Shown: positions 25,496-37,068, numbered from the stretch's first letter. The stretch is DNA of 64,000 bases from Octopus sinensis (GCF_006345805.1 NC_043007.1:18910001-18974000), one strand, 5' to 3'. Made by a program: numbers and translations. Notes: generated by a model not told the origin, from the sequence alone.

Positions 25496-26014
25496 CAATG
25501 GTTCTCAACTGGGGTCTTTATGATTTTTGTGGGTCCACGCAACAGAATAGTAAATTGGGAACCCACACTAGTATTTTGAGGGCGCCTGAATAAGTTTTGC
25601 TTTGAACGTATGTATTGCTCTGTATTGCAATAAACATTTGGATTTCATTCTCTGACGTTTTACAGACTTCAAAAGAAGTTTCTGTTAAATTTCGGAGATG
25701 TACTTGCATAGCAAGTGACCTGATCTGAGATCGTTGTGCTGGAACGAAAACAATTGCAGCGTGGAAGGTGTTTATAAGCCATTTAAGAAACACACAAAAA
25801 AACCGTTAGATTCACTTCAACTTTTAAATATAATTTGCCAAAATATTTTCGTCGCTTTGAGACCGCGACCTGTTCACTGAAAAAGATTCGTGCTGCATCT
25901 CTATAAAATTAGTATTTTTATAAATCGAATGGCTTGGGGGGGGGGAGTCCACCGGAATAAAAATATTAATGAAATGGGTCCATAGAAGAAGAAAAAAATG
26001 GTTGAGAACCCGTG
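25496..26014. mobile_element. hAT-type MITE with perfect 8-bp TSD GTTTAAAC, carrying a nested family-P insert (~25690-25890)
   Basis: TIRs CAATGGTTCTCAAC and GTTGAGAACCCGTG; TSD at 25488-25495 and 26015-26022. Confidence 0.85.
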
Positions 26015-26076
26015 GTTTAAACTTTTAAGAAAATCAACGGAATACTGGATGTAAGGGAAAAAGTTAAAATAGATTG

Positions 26077-26148
26077 TTCCCAAGCGGGGAATCGAACCCC
26101 GGCCGCCGCGGTGAGAGCGCGGAATCCTAACCACTAGACCACTTGGGA
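26077..26148 (-). tRNA. tRNA-Glu(CTC) copy 7
   Basis: Identical to copy 1; T4 and T5 in the trailer. Confidence 0.96.
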
Positions 26149-26438
26149 AGCTGACACCGAGACCGAAAAATAACTATATACCGAAGTATTTGTAACTTCT
26201 TGTAAATCGTTGTGTTTGTAAGCTGACGTTAAGCAAGGTAAGTTACTTCATCTTCAGCCAAGGTAGACTTGATAAAGTACAAGAAAATAGAGTACATGAC
26301 ATTTTTCATTCTTCTATACCTCCAATATAGACGAAGAATCCACTTTTTTGTAGTCTGGGTAGAAATTGTTCACAGTTAAATGGAAAGAGAACAGTGAAAC
26401 TTTGAATCCAGTTGAAGTTCAATATTCTGTAAAAGAAA

Positions 26439-26820
26439 GGCGACGAGCTGGCAGAAAGGTTAGTACGCCGGGCGAAATGCTTAGCGGTATTTCGTCAGTC
26501 TTTACGTTCTGAGTTCAAATTCCGCCGAGGTCGACTTTGCCTTTCATCCTTTCAGGGTCGATTAAATAAGTACGATTAAATAAGTCGATATAATCGACTT
26601 AATCTGTTTGTCTGCCCTTGTTTGTCCACTCTATGTTTAGCCTCTTGTGGGTAGTAAAGAAATGGGTATTTCGTCTGTCTTTACGTTCTGAGTTCAAATT
26701 CCACCGAGGTCGACTCTGCCTTTCATCCTTTCGTACCTTTCGATAAATTAAGTACCAGTTATGCTCTGGGGTCGATATAATCGACTGGCCCCCTCCCGCC
26801 AAATTTCGATCCTTGTACCT
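26439..26820 (+). mobile_element. SINE family B dimer
   Basis: Head GGCGACGAGCTGGCAG plus two bodies. Confidence 0.82.
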
Positions 26821-27239
26821 AGAACAGAAAAGAATATTCTATAATAGATTTATGAAAAGGATATTTGGAAGGGATAAAGTAAAGTTTCTAATCCAGTTGC
26901 CGTTAAATGACGAAGATAATGATAATTCTAAGACGTATTCCGAAAGATTGCCATATTCTATATTTTGTTGCGCCCACATGGAAGCAAGAAAAGTCAAACT
27001 CCAGTTTCAGTTATCTGGCTTTCTACGCAACTCCCAAGTAGAGACCGACAATGGTAGCCATGGTTAAACGCGATTAAGAAAAAACAAGAGTTACGTTGAA
27101 ACACAGTATTTGCAGGAACCCTACGTATAAATATAATTCAAACGCTACTCCATCGGTTACGACGATGAGTGTTCAAGATAATCCAGTTAACGCAACAGCC
27201 TGCTTGCGAAGTTAACCTCTAAGTGGCTGAGCACTCCTC

Positions 27240-27427
27240 TTTTACTCTTTTACTTGTTTCAGTCATTTGACTGCGGCTATGCTAGAGCACCGCCTTTAGT
27301 CGAGCAAATCGACCAATCACAAATTCTTTGTAAGCCTAGTACTTATTCTATTGGTCTATTTTGCCGAACCGCTAAGTTACGGGGACGTAAACACACCAGC
27401 ATCGGTTGTCAAGCGATATTAGGGGGA

Positions 27428-27505
<78 letters not shown>

Positions 27506-27670
27506 CATGACGGGCTTCTTTCGGTTTCCGTCTACCAAATCCACTCACAAGGCTTTGGTTGGCCCGAGGTTATAGTAGAAGACACTTACCCAAGGTGCCA
27601 CGCAGTGGGACTGAACCCGGAACCATGTAGTTGGTAAGCAAGCTACTTACCACGCAGCCACTCCTGCGCC
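27240..27670 (-). mobile_element. SINE family A, full length, directly downstream of the 5S copy
   Basis: Same diagnostic segments. Confidence 0.87.
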
Positions 27671-27680
27671 CAAGTGTGAG

Positions 27681-27800
27681 ACGCTTACAGCTCCTTGGTT
27701 TCCCAAGCGGACACCCATCTAAGTACTAACTAGGCTCGACGTTGCTTAACTTCGGTGATCGGACGAGAACCGGTGCTTTCAACGTGATACGGCCAGACAC
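27681..27800 (-). pseudogene. 5S rRNA-derived copy, probably a pseudogene
   Basis: Minus strand GGCCGTATCACGTTGAAAGCACCGGTTCTCGTCCGATCACCGAAGTTAAGCAACGTCGAGCCTAGTTAGTACTTAGATGGGTGTCCGCTTGGGAAACCAAGGAGCTGTAAGC is metazoan 5S-like. The 5' end does not pair with the 3' end and no T-run terminator follows. Confidence 0.85.
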
Positions 27801-27839
27801 GCGTACTTTTAATATAGTCGTAGAGGAAGAAGGAACATG

Positions 27840-28022
27840 ACACACAATGTGACAAGGGTGGTCCTTTGAAATGCTGGTACTCCTCATTTTTGCCAACCAA
27901 GTGAACTGGCACAACGTGAAATAAAGTGACTTGCACACGGACACAACACACCGCCGGGAATCGAACTCACGGCCTTACGAGTGTGAGCCAAATTTCCTTA
28001 CCACTAAGCCACGAGCCTTCAC
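27840..28022 (-). mobile_element. SINE family D (tRNA head plus CORE/MIR-like body)
   Basis: TGGCTTAGTGG and GAGTTCGATTCCC boxes; a related degenerate copy lies at ~39375-39510. Confidence 0.7.
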
Positions 28023-28683
28023 ATGTACAAAAATAAACGTGCACGGAAATGAAATAGAAACGATAAGCAACAATAGTCATGCAATTGTAGCTAGCTTTGA
28101 CGTTTTGTAGACTAAGTGGGACATGTTCAGCTACAGTGAAAGTGTTTTTGCTCGTGAACGTTCGTACAAACTGCTGACGCTTTGCTTGGTAAACATGACA
28201 CTAAGATCTCGTTTCAACACGCAGCCAGATCTAGTTTTCGACCAACAACCAAACGCTTGTCGAAATTGTTACGAACGTATTTCAAATTTCTCATTCGGAA
28301 TAAAGTATGGCGTTTCTAGCATTAATTGTCGTTAATTATTTTTATAATTACAACAGAATATTGAACTTTGAACCTCTGCTTTACATTGAACAATAAATAA
28401 TGACTTGTAAAGAGAAAATAATTCTACAAACTGGAAGGCTATTAGGTGACATGGCACTAAAGGGATGCAAACATTATTCTGATATAATATACAAAGGGGA
28501 AAGCCCTGCTGTTGTTGCTGTCATTGTTTCTGCCCACTACACTACTTGGGTTTCGATGTATCACGGTCAATTGGTGGCTCCTTGATCCTCAACGTAATAA
28601 ATGTTTCCAGGACGTCAACAGTGGGATAAAAACGCAATCCCGAAGATAGCTGGTACGATTTAAACTCGGTCAATAATCTTTTC

Positions 28684-29072
28684 TACTCTAGACAAAAGGC
28701 CCGAAATTTTGGGGGACGGGGGTGGCCACTCGATTAGATCGACCTCAGTATGCAACTGGTACTTGATTTATCGACCCCGAAAGAATGAAAGGCAAAGTCG
28801 ACCTCGGCGGAATTTGAACCCTGAACGTAAAGACAGACGAAATACCTATTTCTTTACTACCCACGAGGAGCTAAACACTGAGGGGACAAACAAGGACAGA
28901 CAAAGGGATTAAGTCGATTACATCGACCCCAGCGCGTAACTGGTACTTAATTTATCGACCCCGAAAGGATGAAAGGCAAAGTCGACCTCGGCGGAATTTG
29001 AACTCAGAACGTAGTGGCAGACGAAATACGGCTACGCATTTTGCCCGGCGTGCTAACGTTTCTGCCAGCTCA
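28684..29072 (-). mobile_element. SINE family B dimer
   Basis: Reverse complement of the same head and body structure. Confidence 0.82.
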
Positions 29073-30000
29073 CCCCGTCTTTCGAACTCGATCGATAATG
29101 AACAAAATAATTATTACTCCGCGGATTACCATTTGTGCCAACGTCAGAGACTGATAATAATGGCTTCAAATTTTGACGAAGAGCCGGCAGTTTCAGGGGA
29201 GATCTAAATCGATTACATCGACCGCAGTGCATGACTGGTACTTATTTTATTTATCTCGAAAGAATGAAAGGCAAAGTTTTGGTGGAATTTGATCTCAAAA
29301 CATAAGGGCGAACGAAATGCCGATAAGCATTTAGTCCGTTGTCTTAACCATTCTGTCAGGTCACGATAATGATATCGCAATAAATTGTATTAAAACAATA
29401 GTAATGATAATGAGTTCAAATTTTGTATTCAAGGTCGGTAATTCTAGTCGCATGATTGTGTATATTATGATTATTTAAGTTTGAATATTTTCGAAATAAC
29501 TAAAGATCGGCGTTAAAGTCTTATATTGTATATTTCAGAAGATTAACGAAGTTCGTGGATTTAGTAATCATTAATCGTCTTTATGCAGTATCTTGTAAGA
29601 AGCAAATCAATTCTGTTTCCCCAGCGCAGCAGAACAAGCGAGGTTGTTATATATTTAATCATACAAAAAAAAAAAAAAAAAAATTATTTAAACGACAAAA
29701 CGTCAAAGCTAGCTACAGTTGCATGACTAATGTTGGTAACACCATCGCAAGTGACAAGCACTTCGAACCACCCAATCAGCAGCCCAATCCGCTTAATAAG
29801 CTCCCAGAACGGAAATCGATTCTATGGACAGTTATCCGAATAATTGCGTGCAAGGCTTAGATTAAAGATTAAGAAGTTCGCTTCGAGAGCACGTGGTTTC
29901 GGGTAGAGTCTCTCTAAGCGGTAGCTTGGGCAAGTGTCTACGACTATAGCCTCATGCTAACCAATGCATTGTGAGTGAATTTCGTTGACGGAAACTGTAT

Positions 30001-30592
30001 GGCAGCGAGCTGGCAGAAACGTTAGCACGCCGGGCGAAATGCTTAGCGGTATTTCGTCTGCCTCTACGTTATGAGTTCAAATTCCGCTGAGGTCGACTTT
30101 GCCTTTCATCCTTTCGGGGTCGATTAAATAAGTACCAGTTACGCATTGGGGTCGATATAATCGACTTAATCCGTTTGTCTGTCCTTGTTTGTCCCCTCTG
30201 TGTTTAGCCCCTTGTGGGTAGTAAAGAAATAGGTATTTCGTTTGCCGCTACGTTCTGAGTTCAAATTCCGCTGAGGTCGACTTTGCCTTTCATCCTTTCG
30301 GGGTCGATTAAATAAGTACCAGTTACGCATTGGGGTTGATGTAATCGACTTAATCCGTTTGTCTGTCCTTGTTTGTCCTCTCTGTGTTTTGCCCCTTGTG
30401 GGTAGTAAAGAAATAGAAATAGGTATTTAGTCTGCCGTTATGTTCTGAGTTCAAATTCCGCCGAGGTCGACTTTGCCTGTCATCCTTTCGGGGTCGATAA
30501 ATTAAGTACCAATTACGCACTGGGGTCGATGTAATCGACCTAATCCGTTTGTCCTCACTGTGTTTAGCTCCTTGTGGGCAATAAAGAAATAA
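30001..30592 (+). mobile_element. SINE family B trimer inserted into a family A SINE; TSD GGAAACTGT
   Basis: One A-box head then three ~185-bp bodies (GAGTTCAAATTCC...CCTTTCATCCTTTCGGGGTCGAT...); direct repeat at 29990-29998 and 30593-30601. Confidence 0.85.
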
Positions 30593-31425
30593 GGAAACTG
30601 TGAGGCAGCCCGTAGTATATGTATGTGTCTTTGTGATCGTGTTTTCCCCCTCTCCCCATTCCCACCCCACGTTTTGACAAGGTGTGTTAGTTTACCTACG
30701 TCCCCCTAACATAGCGCTGCGGCAAATGCGATTGATAGAATAAGTACCAGCCTTCAAACACATAAAAACTGTTATATTATCTGACAGAAACCCCTTCAAA
30801 GCGGTGCTCCAGCATGGCCACTATCCAATGACTTTAACAAGTAAAAGATAAAGATACCATCAAGTGATAATGTAACGAAGGGTGGAGAAATGGTAGGGGA
30901 TGGTCGTGCTTGGAATTTCGAGGTATGAATTGTTAATTTTTGTTCTTGATTTTGTTTGAAAGATTCTTGATTTGAACTCCTGTGTTGAAACATTGTATGT
31001 CGGGAGGGTCATTATATCGATGTAAGTTGCGAAGTGTGACAAAAAGGACTTTGATAAATCTCGTTGATTCATTGATTGATTGACCAAATCATTAATCAAA
31101 AGAATCGATTGGTTTATAGGATAAATGGTTAACCAACTGAATCAAGAAATGAAAGAGAATCAGGAAAGTGTGCTTATTGTTAGCATAATGGCCACCACTC
31201 CACAATATACAACAGAATGTTTTAACACGGACTCACATGAAAAATCTTGCTAACGAAATCTCTACCACCATTTTGATGACAGTATTTATTCAAAGTATTT
31301 TAGCCATATAATTACTCCGTAACTGATGGGAGGATGATAAGAAAATTCGTTTATCATAATGTCAAAGTGAAAAAAAAAAAAAATTAAAAAAGTTAACGTA
31401 AGAAAAAATTTGATAAAATAGCTAT

Positions 31426-31497
31426 TTCCCAAGCGGGGAATCGAACCCCGGCCGCCGCGGTGAGAGCGCGGAATCCTAACCACTAGACCACTTGGGA
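31426..31497 (-). tRNA. tRNA-Glu(CTC) copy 8
   Basis: Identical to copy 1; shares trailer ATAGCTATTTT with copy 1. Confidence 0.96.
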
Positions 31498-31663
31498 AGC
31501 TGACGGTAACAGCTGTAAAATATCTTTATATGCTTGTGAAAGATATGTGGGCGTTGACAGTTGCTGGAAATTTTAAATGAAAGCTGTTTTCTTTGTTGCA
31601 TTGACAAGCACTAAGCGAGACGATTGTTAATACTAATAGTAATAGTACCTGTAGTAGCAGTAA

Positions 31664-31708
<45 letters not shown>

Positions 31709-31817
31709 CAGCAGTAATAGACACTGCTTGTGAAGATGTACAACATTATGTCAATAGACAAAGGACTTGTTTAGTTGCGTATCGGACTGATAAACAAACC
31801 TCTGATCGAGAGCAATC

Positions 31818-32268
31818 CAAACGTGACCATTCCGCCTTATTCAAAGGCGATTCTCGGACAGCGTTATCTCATATGTCCTTTATCGTTTGCTTGTTTCACT
31901 CATTGGAATGCGGCCAAGCTGGGGCACCGCCTTAACGGGTTTAGTCGAACAGATCGACCTCAGTACATTCAAACGTGACCATTCCGCCTTATTCAAAGGC
32001 GATTCTCGGACAGCGTTATCTCATATGTCCTTATCGTTTGCTTGTTTCACTCATTGGAATGCGGCCAAGCTGGGGCACCGCCTTAACGGGTTTAGTCGAA
32101 CAGATCGACCTCAGTACATTCCAAACGTGACCATTCCGCCTTATTCAAAGGCGATTCTAAGACAGCGTTATCTGACATGTCCTTTATCATTTACTTGTTC
32201 CATTCATTGGAATGCGGCCAAGCTGGGGCACCGCCTTGACGGGTTTAGTCGAACAAATCAACCTCAGT
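31818..32268. repeat. Three tandem copies of a 152-bp unit (SINE A tail plus flank)
   Basis: AAACGTGACC recurs at 31819, 31971 and 32123. Confidence 0.92.
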
Positions 32269-33806
32269 AACATTAAAAAAAAAAAATGTCTAGTACTTAT
32301 TCTATCGTAAACAAACCAACACCGGTTGCCAAGCCGCAGTGGGGACAAACAGACAGATACACTTATACACAAACACACAGAGGCACCCCCACACACACAT
32401 ACACACACGATGGGCTTCCCCACAGTTTCTGCCTATCAAACTCACTCACGCGCTATTGGTTAGCCCAGGGCTATAGCAGAAGACACTTGCCTGCCTAAGG
32501 TGCAGCGCAATGGCAGTGAACCCTAAACCTCGTGGTTGCATTAGAAAGCGACCTTCTTTACCACACAACCATTCCTCGTAAGGCTTGATATGCAGAGGAC
32601 ATGCTGCTATTTCTAGCAGCTTTAATGACCACAAAGCAGCTCTGTCGAGGCTCGTTGTTGTCTTCGCGTTGCTGTTGTTCATATTGTTGTTGTTTAGCCC
32701 TAGGCCAACCCTAGCTGTATTAAACGTGCGTTGTTATATTTTCAGGCATCGTATATCTAGGTGTACATTGTTCAGTGCGCTTTTTTTTTATCCAAAGATG
32801 GTAGTGTGCTATTCAAAGGGAAGATTTGGTTGTTATTTTTAGCAAATCGAGCGACCACCTACGATCTGTAACAGTATTAGCCGTGGCTGGCTACAAACGA
32901 GACGAGTCATCAAGATTAAATAAATGCGATTAAGAAGCACGCTTTGCGATCGAGTGGGTTCGGTTTCAATTCCACCGTGCGGCACTTTTGGGGAAAAGTT
33001 TTTTCTTTTATAACCCCAGGCCGACCAATGCCTTGTGAAGGAAATTGGTAAACGAGACTTGTGCGTATGTGCGTGATCGCGTACGTGTGTGTGTGTGTGT
33101 GTGTGTGTGTGCATATCACTAGCATAGCTGGGTGGGAAGTCGGTAGGGGCGGTACTTTTGGCTCTGCTGTAGGTAATATGTGCTTTTTTGTGGGATCTGG
33201 GGGGATGGGTACAAACGGAAGGGCCACTAGTGTGTGTGTGTGCATGTAATGTATATATGTATGTATATGTATGCCTGTATACATGCGCTAGCGTAGCTGG
33301 GGTGTGGAGGGGAGAGACTAGGGGCGGTCCACCCCGGGTGGAACTTTGGGGTTTGCTGTAGGCAATATGTGTTTTTTGTGGGGTCCGGGGGCAGCAAATG
33401 GAAGGGCTGCCCCGAGCAGCACACGCTAGCTACGCACACACTAGCTACTCTGTGGTCATTAAAGCTGCTAGAAATAGCAGCAATGTCTTTCGTAATGTAA
33501 ATGGTCTGGTAGCAGTCTGTCAGGCTAGGTTAAATGGTGTGCCATTTGTCGGTATATTCCTGGGTTCTCCCGGGTAACACGTCGAGTAGAGTCACAGTCG
33601 ATCCCCGTCCCCGCGAGATACCTTTTTAACTGCTGTGACTATGTAGTATGTGGTCGAAGAAAACATGGACCATCAACCCAGCCGGATCTTCTGTGAAGGG
33701 AACGCAGTAAGCAGAGGCTAACTCAGAAAAATCGCGCATCATGGCCAAACAGTCTGAGATTATGCACCTTTGAAGTTCTTTATAGTTTACTGAGATTTAT
33801 GATGGA

Positions 33807-34170
33807 CTAGCACTATGACCCGGCAACGCCGGGTCATAGCGCTAGTGCATGCATATACAGCAGCGTGCGTGCGAACATACACGCAAGTACTGTCCAAATC
33901 TCCAACCAATCACATACAGCTAGCTGGCATTCAATTGGCGTATCAAGTTTCGGGCATTTTGATTGGGTTTTGGACAGAAAATTCACCAAAAGTCGCTTCT
34001 ATTGATTTTTTTAATGGCTTTGCGGGGTGACTGGGGAAATGTAAAGATGTGCACAACCACCCTTGGACGGTTTTGAATGACCATAGAAAGTGCGAGCCCT
34101 CTAACTGAAAAATTGTGGATTTGTATAAAGGACACACACACAGACATTTTGTCGTTTATATATAGAGAGA
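33807..34170 (-). mobile_element. Non-autonomous Helitron (364 bp)
   Basis: A|TCTCTCTATATATAAA 5' end, GC hairpin, CTAG|T 3' end, no TSD. Confidence 0.8.
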
Positions 34171-34342
34171 TTGAGTGATTGGCATAATCTAACTGCGACT
34201 TGTATAATCTTCTTGGAAGCACGCTTGCCATTCTACTCTGGAGAATTCTTTATGGAATTGATTTGCTTCTCGGCTGATTTGAAAATGACAAATGAAGAGA
34301 CACCCAGAACAATTTGCAATGCACACATCTGTTTGTTGTTGG

Positions 34343-34761
34343 GGATCTTTTCGGTTTGAACAGCAGTTTTTCTAGCGGTGTCATATGAAATTGTCACCCA
34401 TAATTATGACCCTAGTATCGATCTATTGCATTTCAATCTGTTTTAGGGTTAGGGTTAGGGGTGGGGGGAAGGGTATCTTTTTTTCCCTTCAGAAATGTAA
34501 ATAAACCCAATCTGTTTCTTAAACGAGGGACATATTCATACGGCACAGAATGTTTTTACCTCAATAGACGTCATTGATTGGTTGAAATTGTAGAAATTAA
34601 AGGAAAAAAACAACAAATATGTTACAAACTATAGAATTTTCTCAATAAAGCCAAGAGAAAAAGATGTTTTATAAACACATTCTACCAGTATACGAAGTTT
34701 AAAAGTGTTTAGTTACGTGGAAATTATTTTTAAAAAACTGCCGTTCAAACCGAAAAGATCC
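34343..34761. mobile_element. MITE with ~30-bp TIRs (GGATCTTTTCGGTTTGAAC...) and near-perfect 8-bp TSD; possibly Merlin-like
   Basis: TSD GTTGTTGG / GTTGTTTG; contains TTAGGG repeats at ~34443-34460. Confidence 0.72.
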
Positions 34762-35210
34762 GTTGTTTGTCAAAATGTGACTCTCGAAGCATCAGCTGAG
34801 CGTGATGTCACCTTTCAGCAAATAAATTAATGCCCCTATGCTGCAGGATGCGTCGTGTAATTACTGCATTTTTGCTCATTTGACAGTTTAGTGCATAGAA
34901 ATGAATAATTATACTGTTGTGTCTGGGGAGAGTCATTCTCTTTCAGTGCCTTATTAATAATTAATTGATTAATTAAAAAAACATTGCTGGGCGATGTAAT
35001 AGAAACGGTGTAAGCCAGAACAGACGGTATAAGAAATGGTACATTATATATTTGCTTAACCGCTTGTTGAACAAAGTAAAGTAGTGAAAACGTGCTGGGA
35101 ACACGAATCAGAGGGCTGCAGATCGAACCTACGCTCTGCCAAAGAACGAATTCCAATTTCTATATTTATACATCGCGAGTTACCTACAAATATGCCAACC
35201 AAATACTTAT

Positions 35211-35355
<145 letters not shown>

Positions 35356-35587
35356 CAGACAGATAGATAGATAGATAGATATTACGGAGATGTACTTGCA
35401 TAGCAAGTGACCTGATCTGAGATCGTGTGCTGGAACGAAAACAATTGCAGCGTGGAAGGTGTTTCTAAGCCATTTAAGAAACACACAAAAACCGTTAGAT
35501 TCACTTCAACATTTAAATTTAATTTGTCAAAATATTTTCGTCGCTTTGACCTGTTCACTGACAAAACTTCGTGCTGCATATATATAT

Positions 35588-35631
<44 letters not shown>

Positions 35632-36252
35632 ATATATATATATATATATATATATATACGGCGGGCAGTTTCTGTCTACCAAATTCACTCACAAGGCTTT
35701 AGTCGGCCCAAGGCTATAGCAGAAGACACCTACCCAAGGTGTCACGTAGTGGGACTGAACCCGGAACCATGTGGTTTAGAAGCAAGCTTCTTACCACACA
35801 GCCACTCCTTTATGGTAGTAGAAACTTTTGCACTTCATTCAAAATTTAGATCTTGTGCTTATCAAATAAAACTCGTAAACCCGGCTTGTCGTAAAGCGAG
35901 TCTTCGTAAAATGAGGTGTTACTGCACGCGGATAGGTACAAATTACATTATGGGTCCGGGTTCAGTCCCACTGCGTGGCACTTTCGGCAAGTGTCTTCTA
36001 GTATAGCCTCGGGCCGACCAAAACCTTGTGAGTGGATTTGGTAGACGGAAACGGAAAGAGAGAGCGATAAGTACTAGGCTTACAAAGAATAAGTCCTGGG
36101 GTCGATCTGCTCGACTAAAGGCGGTGCTCCAGCATGGCCGCCGACTGAAACAACTAAAAGAATAAAAGGGTCAAGATCGTGCCAACTGCCCCCCGGTGTA
36201 CTAGAACTCAAGTAGCGTAGACGACAACAACAGGGTTTTTCACTTTGTATAT

Positions 36253-36634
36253 GGAAGCACTCCGTCGGTTACGACGATGAGGGTTCCGGTTGATCCGAAT
36301 CAACGGAACAGCCTGCTCGTGAAATTAACGTGTAAGCGGCTGAGCACTTCACAGACACGTGTACCCTTAACGTAGTTCTCGGGGATATTCAGCGCGACAC
36401 AGAGAGTGACAAGGCCGGCCCTTTGAAATATAGGTACAACAGAAACAGGAAGTAAGAGTGAGAGCAAGTTGTGGTGAAAGAGTACAGCAGGGATCACCAC
36501 CATCCCCTGCCGGAGCCTCGTGGAGCTTTAGGTGTTTTCGCTCAATAAACACTCACAACGCCCGGTCTGGGAATCGAAACCGCGATCCTATGACTGCGAG
36601 TCCGCTGCCCTAACCACTGGGCCATTGCGCCTCC
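36253..36634 (-). mobile_element. SINE family C (tRNA head), full length, 12-bp TSD CACTTTGTATAT
   Basis: A box TGGCCCAGTGG, B-box-like GTTTCGATTCCC; TSD at 36241-36252 and 36635-36646; a related copy lies at ~2340-2572. Confidence 0.85.
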
Positions 36635-36661
36635 CACTTTGTATATATTATGGAAGATAAT

Positions 36662-37068
36662 GGAGTGGCTGTGTGGTAAGTAGCTTGCTAACCAATCACA
36701 TGGTTCCGGGTTCAGTCCCACTGCGTGGCATCTTGGGCAAGTGTCTTCTGCTATAGCCCCGGGCCGACCAATGCCTTGTGAGTGGATTTGGCAGACGGAA
36801 ACTGAAAGAAGCCTGTCGTATATATGTATATATATATATGTGTGTGTGTGTGTGTTTGTGTGTCTGTGTTTGTCCCCCTAGCATTGCCTGACAACCGATG
36901 CTGGTGTGTTTACGTCCCCGTCACTTAGCGGTTCGGCAAAAGAGACCGATAGAATAAGTACTGGGCTTACAAAGAATAAGTTCCGGGGTCGATTTGCTCG
37001 ACTAAAAAGGCGGTGCTCCAGCATGGCCGCAGTCAAATGACTGAAACAAGTAAAAGAGTAAAAGAGTA
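36662..37068 (+). mobile_element. SINE family A, full length
   Basis: Same diagnostic segments. Confidence 0.87.

Noticed and set aside
27697-27710. 12-nt identity TTTCCCAAGCGG between the 5S copy and the tRNA-Glu 3' end
   Set aside because: 5S natively contains CCGC(C/T)TGGGAA; the match is short and best explained by chance.
34443-34460. Telomere or chromosome-fusion scar
   Set aside because: Only three TTAGGG units, located inside a TIR-bounded element.
36560-36634. tRNA-like heads of SINEs (also ~2500-2572, ~27950-28022, ~51270-51340) as tRNA genes
   Set aside because: No complete acceptor stem or terminator, and they continue into repeated SINE bodies.
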